A stretch of DNA of 64,000 nt from Acidimicrobiales bacterium. Its GTDB lineage: Bacteria; Actinomycetota; Acidimicrobiia; Acidimicrobiales; SZUA-35. The stretch lies in the NCBI GenBank assembly GCA_020630065.1, contig JAHDCC010000002.1, forward strand, positions 204,092 to 268,091, given 5' to 3'. This document shows positions 55,894-64,000 of this stretch, piece by piece. The notes under the pieces were generated by a model, which saw nothing but the letters and a program-made list of their open reading frames with translations, was not told the DNA's origin and did no database searches. Each line of letters starts with the position of its first letter. Position 1 is the stretch's first letter. The position numbers were made by a program, and so were the translations under genes.

Positions 55894-56777
55894 TGGCTGT
55901 TTCTCCTAGGGCCTTGATTATCACGAGGCCCACCGAATACGACCAGCTTCTGGGAACACACGGCACCCGCCAGCAAGTTTCATTCTTCCTGGAACAACGA
56001 GGACAGACGATCACTGAACTTGACGAACGCCATTCGTTGCAGCAACAAGCGATGCAGGTAGTGTCAAAGGCCATTCCAACCGAATGGCGTCGAGCACGAC
56101 TGGACCGCGCGGACTTGGACCGATTCGTCTTTGGCCCCGAAGACATCATCGTGGCCGTTGGTCAAGATGGGTTAGTGGCCAATGTTGCAAAGTATCTCGA
56201 CGGCCAGCCTGTTGTTGGCGTAAACCCAGACCCAATCCGAAACCCTGGAGTGTTAGTCGCCCATAAGGCCGACATGGTCGCCGAGATTTTCCGCACATTG
56301 ATTGGAGGTAGGGCCACGTTCGAACACCGAGCGATGGTTGAAGTCGAATCCGATGACGGACAGCGCCTTGCTGCTCTCAACGAAATTTTCGTAGGACACC
56401 ACGGACATCAATCTGCTAGATATCGCATCGAGGTCGATGACGCGAGCGAGGTCCACAGCTCGTCAGGGATTCTGATTGGAACAGGAACCGGGGCGACTGG
56501 ATGGTGCGGGTCGGTTCATCGAGAACGCAACCTTGCTTGGGAACTGCCAGAAGTGACATCGACCGATCTAGCTTGGTTCGTTCGCGAAGCCTGGCCGTCT
56601 CCATGGACCGGCACCACCTTGACTGCAGGGCGACTTTCAACCGGAACGTTGAGAATTCGTTGTGAAAGTGACCGACTCGTAGCGTTCGGTGACGGCATCG
56701 AAGCCGACCATATCGAACTCTCATGGGGGCAGTGGCTGACAGTCAGCCCAGCAAAAGAAGCTCTCGTTTTAGTATGA
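55893..56777 (+). CDS. NAD-kinase-fold protein (divergent; GGDG motif replaced by GQDG)
   Basis: IIVAVGQDGLVANV (GGDG-like), ALNEIFV (NE motif) and SSGILIGTGTGATGW (compare the NadK xDGxxxSTPTGSTAY block). ATG overlaps the SPFH stop (TAATG). Confidence 0.65.
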   Translation: MAVSPRALIITRPTEYDQLLGTHGTRQQVSFFLEQRGQTITELDERHSLQQQAMQVVSKAIPTEWRRARLDRADLDRFVFGPEDIIVAVGQDGLVANVAKYLDGQPVVGVNPDPIRNPGVLVAHKADMVAEIFRTLIGGRATFEHRAMVEVESDDGQRLAALNEIFVGHHGHQSARYRIEVDDASEVHSSSGILIGTGTGATGWCGSVHRERNLAWELPEVTSTDLAWFVREAWPSPWTGTTLTAGRLSTGTLRIRCESDRLVAFGDGIEADHIELSWGQWLTVSPAKEALVLV

Positions 56778-56785
56778 AATAACAA

Positions 56786-57424
56786 ATGAAGGAATCCATG
56801 AACCAACGAATGAACGACCCCAGCGACATCCCTACCCGTCAGATACGAGCGGTCTACAACAAAGACACCATCAGGGTGTATCAAGCCTATGGACCCTCAA
56901 TCGCTGAATCGCTCCACTTCAACGGAGCATTTGTCGAACCCCCATTCAAAATGACACGTATGACGTGGATCAAACCGTCGTTTCTCTGGATGATGTACCG
57001 CTGTGGATGGTCGTATAAAGACGACGGCCAACGCCGAGTGTTCGCCTTTGATATCAAACGGGACGGATTCGAATGGGCACTAGCCAATAGTTGTTCGAGT
57101 CACCCCAAAGGCCTAACCAAAACAGAGGCCCGCAAATTGATGGATACCCATCCGGTTCGCGTGCAATGGGACCCCGAACGAGATCTTCATCTCAACCCTT
57201 TGTCACATCGGTCAATCCAAGTAGGGCTGAGTCGTGAAGCGATACAACACTACGTACACGATTGGATAGTCGACTTCGAAGAAATAACCGATCAGGCCAA
57301 GAAAATATATGAGCTTGTCCAAACCGAAGAATTCGCCCAAGCAAACTCGCTGCTGCCAGCCGAACAGCCATATCCATTGCCGGATGAACTAGTCGCCCAT
57401 GTACAAGCCAGTCCAGTCATATAA
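56786..57424 (+). CDS. DUF4291-family protein
   Basis: IRAVYNKDTIRVYQAYGPSIA and RMTWIKPSFLWMMYRCGW blocks match my recollection of DUF4291 proteins. It starts 8 nt after the preceding stop. Confidence 0.6.
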   Translation: MKESMNQRMNDPSDIPTRQIRAVYNKDTIRVYQAYGPSIAESLHFNGAFVEPPFKMTRMTWIKPSFLWMMYRCGWSYKDDGQRRVFAFDIKRDGFEWALANSCSSHPKGLTKTEARKLMDTHPVRVQWDPERDLHLNPLSHRSIQVGLSREAIQHYVHDWIVDFEEITDQAKKIYELVQTEEFAQANSLLPAEQPYPLPDELVAHVQASPVI

Positions 57425-57454
57425 AGCGCTGTAATGACTCGGATGGTTTGGCTT

Positions 57455-57853
57455 TTACGGTCCGTCGAGTTCTTTGATAAGTTTTTTTGGAGCGATCATT
57501 CGATAGGCGTCCCGCAAAATAGCGTCAACCTCATCCCAGTCGAGATCAATGTCGAGACGTAAACCGATCCAACCTCGATGACCAACATAGGGCGGGACAA
57601 AGAAACGCTCCGGCTCCCGGTCAACCAATTCTGCTTGAACGCCAACCGGTGCCGCACACCACAAAGCGACTGCTCCGTCATCGCCTCCTGAAGATTTGTG
57701 GCTTCCTTCCCACAAACTACACAACACTTTCTTGTCGCGAATAAAGAAAGTCGGGGTGTGATGAGATGGGCGTTCAGAGACTTCCGGGTAACGAGCACAG
57801 ACCTCTCGCAGATCCTCCAGAATATTCTGAGCTTCCACAGATTCGATTGCCAT
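57455..57853 (-). CDS. MmcQ/YjbR-family protein
   Basis: 132 aa with the YPEVSERPSHHTPTFFIRDKKVL ... GWIGLRLD pattern typical of the YjbR (DUF419) family. Confidence 0.6.
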   Translation of the reverse strand: MAIESVEAQNILEDLREVCARYPEVSERPSHHTPTFFIRDKKVLCSLWEGSHKSSGGDDGAVALWCAAPVGVQAELVDREPERFFVPPYVGHRGWIGLRLDIDLDWDEVDAILRDAYRMIAPKKLIKELDGP

Positions 57854-57862
57854 AAGACAAGC

Positions 57863-58765
57863 CTAACGGTCAGCCCGGCTCGCAAACCAAGCGCCAGCAA
57901 GTGTTAGGAACGCACCAACCAATTCGCTGACCAAGAGCCCCTCAGATCGAAACACGACACCAAGCGCGATCGCTACCGGCGTCGCTATGTAAGTCAGAAC
58001 CGACGCTCTAGTAGCGCCCACCCGGCCACTCAAGGTAGCAGCGGCGACAAACCCAACCCCGGTTCCGAACACACCAAGGACAACCAAGGCGGCCACCGGT
58101 TTTATGTCGAACGTCGAGGACTTGAGTCCGTAAAGCATAAACGGAAACGTCGCGACCAGCGAAATGAACTGAGATCGCCACAACACGGGTAACGAACCGT
58201 AGGTCTGCACCAGGGGCATCGCCACGTTCAGGGCAATTCCATAACACATCACTGCAACAAGAATAAGGCTCACCCCGAGAGCGGCGTTGGTGCTGGCGCC
58301 GACCGATGGTAGCCCAATCAACACGATTCCAGTAAAACCGACGACGATACCTACCAATTGACGGCGCCCAGGGAGACGCCGGAGTAAGACGGTGGCGATC
58401 AAGGCAGTAGCTAGCGGAGTCGCTCCGTTGAGCATCCCGGCAATTGCCGAATCGACATATTGTTGCGCTATCGGGTAGAGGGTCAGTGGAATTCCCATCC
58501 AAGCTAAACCGACGATGACTAGCCGAGGCCAATCCTTCCGGTCAATGGACGTTCTAGTTGCCGGTACAAAAGAAAGCGCCAGAAAACCGAACCCGATGCG
58601 ACCAAACGTCACCACCCCAGGGGAAACGTAATCAAGCCCTATTGCCATGAACAAGAAACTAGCGCCAAATATCTTTGACGAACCCAGCAGTAAAAACCAG
58701 TCAAAACGTTCAAACCGGTCTCGATTTGTGCCCTCAGTTGTGGAAAGAACGGTCTTGGTGGTCAT
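57863..58765 (-). CDS. EamA/DMT-superfamily transporter
   Basis: 300 aa, about 10 TM segments in two repeated halves. Confidence 0.85.
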   Translation of the reverse strand: MTTKTVLSTTEGTNRDRFERFDWFLLLGSSKIFGASFLFMAIGLDYVSPGVVTFGRIGFGFLALSFVPATRTSIDRKDWPRLVIVGLAWMGIPLTLYPIAQQYVDSAIAGMLNGATPLATALIATVLLRRLPGRRQLVGIVVGFTGIVLIGLPSVGASTNAALGVSLILVAVMCYGIALNVAMPLVQTYGSLPVLWRSQFISLVATFPFMLYGLKSSTFDIKPVAALVVLGVFGTGVGFVAAATLSGRVGATRASVLTYIATPVAIALGVVFRSEGLLVSELVGAFLTLAGAWFASRADR

Positions 58766-58899
58766 CTTCAGCCGATCCTACCTCTGGGGTTGTCACCAAG
58801 TAGACGAAATTGGCACCAGAACTGGACGGGTTCGTAACGTCTGGTGCAGTCAACGCATCAAGGGTCGGAGCGACGCCGTTGGTCGTCTAGGCTGACTGG

Positions 58900-60324
58900 G
58901 TGACTAAGCGGTACCTGATGCGCACCTACGGGTGTCAGATGAACGAACACGACTCAGAGCGAATCGCCGGACTTCTCGAGGCCGACGGCTACTCGGCGAC
59001 CTCTGACGAAGCCGACGCCGACGTCGTCGTGCTAAACACATGCTGCATAAGGGAGAATGCCGACAACAAGCTCTACGGTGCACTCGGCAACCTCAAGGTG
59101 CTTAAAGAACAGAAAAAAGAGCAGAACCAGGATTTGCAGATAGTGGTCGGCGGATGTCTCGCCCAGAAAGACCGTGACCTGATCCAACAACGCGCTGGTC
59201 ATGTCGACGTTGTACTCGGCACCCACAACGTTCATCGTGCTGCCGAACTGATGTCCGAAGCCAAACTCAATGGGCCAATCACCGAGATTTGGGAAGAAGC
59301 TGCACTCGACGAGGCTGAAGCATTTCCTTCAGCATTGCCAGTTAAACGAAACAGCGATTATTCGGCGTGGCTGACCATCCAAATCGGATGTGATAACTCA
59401 TGTGCGTTTTGTATTGTTCCATCGGTGCGCGGGGTTGAGATTTCTCGGCCGGTGTCCGACATAGTTGACGAAGCGCGTCGACTTGCCGATAGTGGTGTTT
59501 CTGAAATAACGCTGCTGGGGCAAAACGTCAATTCGTATGGTCGTGATTTGGCTCTCGCCGCCCGCAAATCCGGTGAACAGGTGCGAGTGCGTCCTATGTT
59601 TGCTCAGCTGCTTCGGGAGGTCGGTTCGCTCGACGGTATCGAACGGGTCCGATTTACGAGTCCTCACCCCAAAGATATGACGCCGGATGTCTATGAAGCG
59701 ATGGCTGAGACGCCGGCCTGTGTCCCGCATCTTCATTTTCCTCTTCAAGCTGGCTCCGATCGGGTCTTAAAAAGGATGCATCGAGGCTATACCGGTGAAC
59801 GGTTCTTGGAAAAGATCGAACAGGCGCGAGAAACTATCGATGACTTAGCGGTTACCACCGACATCATCGTCGGCTTTCCAGGGGAAACAGAAGAAGACTT
59901 TGTGCGTACCTTGGAGGTGGCGGCCGCCGCCGAATTTGATAGCGCATACACGTTCGTGTTCTCGCCGCGGCCCGGTACTGAAGCCGCCGAGATGGTCGAC
60001 GACTTCTGCGACCCGGATGAGGTGCACGAGCGGTACGAGCGTTTGCGAACGGTCATTCGACGGTCTGCGTTAATGAAACACCAAGCCCGTGTTGGTCGGA
60101 CAGAAGAGGTCATTGTCGAAGGGCCGTCTAAAAAAGATCTAGCAGTTTTGACTGGGCGTACTGTTCACAACAAGTTGATCCATTTCCCATCTGATCCACT
60201 TAAGATTGGGACGTTCGCCAACGTGACTGTTACCGAAGCTTCGTACCAGTTTCTGTTGGGTGAGCTTGTCGAGGTGACACGTAAACCCCGTCACCGAACA
60301 AAGATCTCGGTGACCGCTCTCTAG
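58900..60324 (+). CDS. miaB: tRNA-2-methylthio-N6-dimethylallyladenosine synthase MiaB
   Basis: TYGCQMNEHDSE opening, NTCCIRE, GGC, radical SAM CDNSCAFC and a C-terminal TRAM domain. Confidence 0.93.
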   Translation: MTKRYLMRTYGCQMNEHDSERIAGLLEADGYSATSDEADADVVVLNTCCIRENADNKLYGALGNLKVLKEQKKEQNQDLQIVVGGCLAQKDRDLIQQRAGHVDVVLGTHNVHRAAELMSEAKLNGPITEIWEEAALDEAEAFPSALPVKRNSDYSAWLTIQIGCDNSCAFCIVPSVRGVEISRPVSDIVDEARRLADSGVSEITLLGQNVNSYGRDLALAARKSGEQVRVRPMFAQLLREVGSLDGIERVRFTSPHPKDMTPDVYEAMAETPACVPHLHFPLQAGSDRVLKRMHRGYTGERFLEKIEQARETIDDLAVTTDIIVGFPGETEEDFVRTLEVAAAAEFDSAYTFVFSPRPGTEAAEMVDDFCDPDEVHERYERLRTVIRRSALMKHQARVGRTEEVIVEGPSKKDLAVLTGRTVHNKLIHFPSDPLKIGTFANVTVTEASYQFLLGELVEVTRKPRHRTKISVTAL

Positions 60325-60358
60325 CTTTTGGGCTGAACCTGCTTCGTGCTTGACCCGC

Positions 60359-62137
60359 TTAGGCGGCGTCTTCTTCTTCGGTCTCTGTTTCGGTTTCTTC
60401 TTGACGAAGTTCTTTCTTGGAAAGTTTGCCGACCAAGGTTTTGGGGAGTTCGTCGCGAAACTCGATCTCTCGTGGCATCTCAATTTTGGAAAGTTTGACC
60501 TTTAGGAAACTTAAAAGTTCTTCCTCGGTGAGGCTGTCGCCATCATGAAGTTTCACAAAAGCTTTCGGCGCCTCGCCCCGGTATTCGTCACGGACCGCAA
60601 CGACGGTTACTTCTTCGACCGCTGAATGTTGGTAGATGGCATCCTCGATCTGGCGTGGGTATACGTTGAAACCGCTGCAGAGGATGATGTCTTTGATCCG
60701 GTCGACAATATATACGAACCCTTGTGGGTCCATGGTGGCAACATCACCCGTTCGGAGAAAGCCGTCTACGAACACGTTGTTGGTGTCTTCTGGTCGGTTC
60801 CAATAGCCCTTCATTATCTGAGGGCCGGAAACGCATATTTCACCACGTTCGCCAAGGTCTACTTCTTGTGTCGGGTCCTCCAAGCTGCGTAACGAAAGTA
60901 CGGTGCCTGGCATTGGGAGACCGATTGACTGGTCTCTGATCGGTCCGGGGAGCGGGTTGCAAGAAACTACTGGGGAGGACTCTGACAGGCCGTACCCTTC
61001 GACGAGTTTGCAGTGGGTGAGTTCTTCGAACTTGTTTTTGGTAGCTAGGGGGAGTGGTGCGCCACCTGAGAAACAAAACTGTAGGGACGAGAGTTCGTAT
61101 TTGTTCAGGTCATCGTGGTTGATGATGGCGGTGTAGAGGGTGGGTACACCAGGCATGCAGGTCGGTTTGGTTTTAGTGATTGTCTTGAGTGCATCTTCTA
61201 ATTCGAATTTGGGTATAAGAACGATTTCAGATGCTCGCCCGATGGCGAAGTTCATAACAACCGTCATGCCGAATACGTGGAAGAACGGCAAGATCGCCAT
61301 CACGGACTGTTTGCCGTCTTTGAGTTCGGGGGCCCAGGCCATTATTTGATAGGTGTTGACGTAGAGGTTTTCGTGAGTCAACATCGCCCCCTTAGGGGTT
61401 CCGGTGGTACCTCCCGTGTACTGCAGGACTGCAACGTCTTCTGCCGGGTCGATGTCGACCGCCGAGAACCGGCCGTCGTTGTCTCGGATCGTCTTGTCGA
61501 AGACAACTTTGTCTCGAACAGGAGATGACTTTATCTTGGCTAGGTCTTTGCGTTTGGCGACTTTGAACAGTGTCGACTTGACGCCGGGAAGCAGTTTGGT
61601 GAAATCGCAGACTATCGCTTGGCCTAGTGTGGCGTTTTGAAGCAACGCTTCGACTTTGTCGAAGAGCAACGCAAGATTGAGTGTCACCATGATAGTTGTG
61701 CCCGAGTCTTTGACTTGGGTTTCTAATTCTTCGACGGTGTAGAGGGGGTTGAAATTTACGACCGTGGCGCCCAGTTTGAGGGTGGCAAAGTAGTAGATCA
61801 CATACGACGGGCAGTTGGGGAAGAAAAGGCCTACTCGGGTGCCTTTGGTGACTCCAAGTTTTTCTAGTCCGGCCGCGGTGTGTTGGACCGCTGAGGCGAT
61901 CTCGCTGTACGTTTGGGTTTTGCCTAAGAAGTTGGTGCAAACGTTGGCTGGGAAGCGGCCAACGGCTGAGTCGAGTAGTTCATATAGTGGTTGGGGTTCG
62001 AAGGTCTGATGCCAGTCAACGTCATCTGCGACCGTGTTGAGCCATGGGTAGTCAGATGGCGGCTGTGAGCTGTCAGCGTCAATGATGTCGTCAGTTTGGT
62101 TCCCTGTCGGCGCGTCTTGAGAAGTGGCGTCAGTCAT
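60359..62137 (-). CDS. Long-chain acyl-CoA synthetase (AMP-forming, ANL superfamily) with a short acidic C-terminal tail
   Basis: AMP-binding motif LQYTGGTTGTPKGAMLTHENL, GYGLSE, RTGD and late GKLSKKELR. ATG at 62137 is preceded by ggaggacac. The ORF-track 112-aa N-terminal extension is rejected. Confidence 0.9.
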   Translation of the reverse strand: MTDATSQDAPTGNQTDDIIDADSSQPPSDYPWLNTVADDVDWHQTFEPQPLYELLDSAVGRFPANVCTNFLGKTQTYSEIASAVQHTAAGLEKLGVTKGTRVGLFFPNCPSYVIYYFATLKLGATVVNFNPLYTVEELETQVKDSGTTIMVTLNLALLFDKVEALLQNATLGQAIVCDFTKLLPGVKSTLFKVAKRKDLAKIKSSPVRDKVVFDKTIRDNDGRFSAVDIDPAEDVAVLQYTGGTTGTPKGAMLTHENLYVNTYQIMAWAPELKDGKQSVMAILPFFHVFGMTVVMNFAIGRASEIVLIPKFELEDALKTITKTKPTCMPGVPTLYTAIINHDDLNKYELSSLQFCFSGGAPLPLATKNKFEELTHCKLVEGYGLSESSPVVSCNPLPGPIRDQSIGLPMPGTVLSLRSLEDPTQEVDLGERGEICVSGPQIMKGYWNRPEDTNNVFVDGFLRTGDVATMDPQGFVYIVDRIKDIILCSGFNVYPRQIEDAIYQHSAVEEVTVVAVRDEYRGEAPKAFVKLHDGDSLTEEELLSFLKVKLSKIEMPREIEFRDELPKTLVGKLSKKELRQEETETETEEEDAA

Positions 62138-62299
62138 CAGGTGTCCTCCGTCAGGGTGGGTTTTGCTATCTATAGCATAGGTCACACGTTTTCGATTTTT
62201 AGCTGGATGTTGGTTTTTGGCTTCGTTTTGGTCGGGAAATCTGCGGAGACGACGCCGGTCTGTATTGAGAATTAGTGAGAATTTATCTATAGTGGTTGA

Positions 62300-63235
62300 A
62301 TGGCAACCAATTGTGAAGGCTCCGAACACGCCCCGGGTCACGACCACGGATACTCGAAGTCGAAAATGTCCGTCTTGGTTGGTGTCTTGCTGCTTAATGC
62401 CAGCTTTCTCGTCGTTGAGGCTGTCGGTGGATGGCTCGCCGGCTCGCTCGCATTGCTTGCCGACGCGGTCCATATGTTGACCGACGTCTCCGGTCTGCTG
62501 ATCGCCATCGTCGGGCTTCGCCTAATGGCGCGAGCCACCACCAAAAGACATTCTTTCGGCTTCTTCCGAAGTGAAGTTCTCGCTGGTTTAGGCAACGGGG
62601 TCTTGTTGTTGGCTGGCTTGATTTGGATCGTATTTGAAGCAATTCGGCGTTCGGTGGTCGGTATTGAACAAGATGTTGACGTTGGGGTTGTTGTTGGTGT
62701 TGGTTTGGTTGGTCTCGTCATCAACTTGGCCAGCGTCGCCTGGCTTCACGGCGGCCGAGACGAGAATTTGAACATGCGCGGTGCGTATCTGCATATGGCG
62801 GCTGATGCGTTGAGCTCGGTTGCCGTGGTTGGCGCTGCTCTATTGATTTGGGTAACCGGGTGGCTGTGGCTAGACCTACTGGTCTCGCTAGCTATCGTCG
62901 CGTTGGTGTTCGTTCCGTCGGTTCGATTGATTCGGGACGCACTCGTAGTATTGATGGAAGCGACACCGCCGTCGGTGGACGTCGAAGATATCACCGGTGC
63001 CGTCAACGTATTAAACGGTGTTGAAGACTTCCATCATGTTCATGTCTGGCAGCTGTCCGCCGGAAACCACGCTCTTTCTGGACATGTCACGGTGGCGGCC
63101 GAAGGAGCGAGCTTGCACGAAGCGCAGCTAGTTGGCGACGGTGTCTCCGAGATGTTGGCGTCGCGGTTCTCTATTCAGCACGCAACGTTGGCTCTTGAAT
63201 GTCACCCCTGTGGGTCTGAGATTCATGCCTCGTGA
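62300..63235 (+). CDS. Cation diffusion facilitator (CDF) divalent-metal efflux transporter
   Basis: His-rich N-terminus (HAPGHDHGY). TM2 and TM5 metal-site motifs LLADAVHMLTD and HMAADALSS. C-terminal cytoplasmic domain with HHVHVWQ. Confidence 0.9.
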   Translation: MATNCEGSEHAPGHDHGYSKSKMSVLVGVLLLNASFLVVEAVGGWLAGSLALLADAVHMLTDVSGLLIAIVGLRLMARATTKRHSFGFFRSEVLAGLGNGVLLLAGLIWIVFEAIRRSVVGIEQDVDVGVVVGVGLVGLVINLASVAWLHGGRDENLNMRGAYLHMAADALSSVAVVGAALLIWVTGWLWLDLLVSLAIVALVFVPSVRLIRDALVVLMEATPPSVDVEDITGAVNVLNGVEDFHHVHVWQLSAGNHALSGHVTVAAEGASLHEAQLVGDGVSEMLASRFSIQHATLALECHPCGSEIHAS

Positions 63236-64000
63236 AGGCTGTGAGGTGAGGCTCGGAGTAAGGCGGCGATGAGATTGTCGGCCGCCGGGTTGGGTAGTGC
63301 GTCCTCGCGTTGAGCGATAACTAAATGGCGTTGAATGAGTGGCTGGGGTTGGGCTCTTTGGAGCGGGTTGGGGCCTTGTTCGGCTTGCACTACCGGTAAA
63401 ACAGTCCACCCCATGCCCAATTGGACCATTTCTCGAAGCACGTCAGGTTGGTTCGATACTGCCGTGACCTGGACGGGAGCGCCTCGGGTTTGCAAAGCTT
63501 GGGCAACCAATTGGCGGGTATGGGACACCTCTGGAAACAGAACCCAGGGGCCCCACGTGGCTGGATCGCCCTGAATCGTCCCGTCGGGTGCGTATATGGC
63601 TAGATCTTCAGCGAGGACTTCGGTTAGGTGGCAGTCCACTATCGTTTTGGGTGGTTTCACTACGAGCGCAAACGCTAACTCACCAGCAAGGACCGCCTCG
63701 ACCAACTGGGCTGAGGAAGCGACGGTGAGGCTGAGATCGAGGTCAGGGTGCTGGGCTATAAAGGCCTGTAGCGTACGGGGAAAGTGGGCGACCGCGGCTA
63801 CATCTATCATTCCGATTCGTAAGGTTCCGGTTTGGCCGGCGTTGAGTTCGTTGGCCCAGCGGGCGAGGTCGGTTGTTTGAGCCAGAACGTTTTGGGCGTA
63901 CCGGACAACTTCGTTGGCGTTGTTGGTTAAGACTCGGCGGCGTCCCATCCGTTCGAATAGGGGAATCCCGAGGCGTCGTTCGAGTTCGGCTAAACCTTGG
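63223..64000 (-). CDS. LysR-family transcriptional regulator (5' end lies beyond the window)
   Basis: Reverse translation up to the window edge reads ...GLAELERRLGIPLFERMGRRRVLT, which is the end of a LysR HTH, followed by the type 2 PBP-like effector domain. The 3' end overlaps the convergent CDF gene by 13 nt. Confidence 0.85.
   Translation of the reverse strand, partial: QGLAELERRLGIPLFERMGRRRVLTNNANEVVRYAQNVLAQTTDLARWANELNAGQTGTLRIGMIDVAAVAHFPRTLQAFIAQHPDLDLSLTVASSAQLVEAVLAGELAFALVVKPPKTIVDCHLTEVLAEDLAIYAPDGTIQGDPATWGPWVLFPEVSHTRQLVAQALQTRGAPVQVTAVSNQPDVLREMVQLGMGWTVLPVVQAEQGPNPLQRAQPQPLIQRHLVIAQREDALPNPAADNLIAALLRASPHSLHEA

Noticed and set aside
62167-62292. 9-mer TATCTATAG occurring twice (62167 and 62284) between the divergent acyl-CoA synthetase and CDF genes. 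I also looked here for a metal riboswitch or operator.
   Set aside because: By rough estimate a repeated 9-mer in about 160 bp has a chance probability of a few percent. There is no extended palindrome and no adjacent regulator, and I could not recognise any riboswitch consensus by eye.
62138-62473. N-terminal 112-aa extension of the acyl-CoA synthetase ORF (track start 62473)
   Set aside because: It crosses the divergent intergenic region and overlaps the CDF gene start. The ATG at 62137 has a strong SD (ggagg) and gives a normal ANL-family N-terminus.
1-64000. Scan for CRISPR arrays, IS elements, integrases, prophage genes and classical defence genes (restriction-modification, toxin-antitoxin pairs, Cas, abortive-infection ATPases)
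   Set aside because: I found no tandem repeat-spacer structure, no terminal inverted repeats, and no ORF with transposase, integrase or phage hallmarks in the six-frame track.

Overview
64-kb chromosomal window of moderate-to-high GC. Gene content and order are typical of Actinomycetota: pnp-dapB ... dapA-rnj-ftsK-rimO-pgsA-cinA-recA ... miaB, a Gram-positive-type SOS box in front of recA, and a PspC/histidine-kinase/LuxR triad. It could be Acidimicrobiia-like, but lineage cannot be established from sequence alone. I call about 58 protein-coding genes (one frameshifted, one truncated by the window edge). I saw no rRNA, tRNA, CRISPR array, transposase or integrase. Between dapB and dapA lies about 22 kb of accessory genes. 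The main block is an aldoxime/nitrile/amide cluster: aldoxime dehydratase, ArsR repressor, an SRPBCC-AmiC fusion sensor, a UrtA/FmdD/AmiC-type ABC importer with two paralogous lipoprotein binding proteins, a Rhodococcus-type amidase and a nitrilase. It carries a shared ATGTC-N10-GACAT inverted repeat upstream of both oxd and arsR. Other modules are a MocR-type regulator divergent from a PNPOx-like/DJ-1 operon, zwf-pgl without opcA, and an Lrp-controlled ocd-putA-arginase operon (arginine -> ornithine -> proline -> glutamate). My best candidate for an undescribed system is an NrtR-type Nudix regulator divergent from a translationally coupled operon encoding a TM-less SPFH protein, a divergent NAD-kinase-fold protein and a DUF4291 protein. 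Second is the ArsR plus SRPBCC-AmiC sensor pair. Several housekeeping proteins (PNPase, FtsK, RecA) carry unusual low-complexity C-terminal tails. All family assignments come from motif recognition by eye on the supplied translations; no searches were run.
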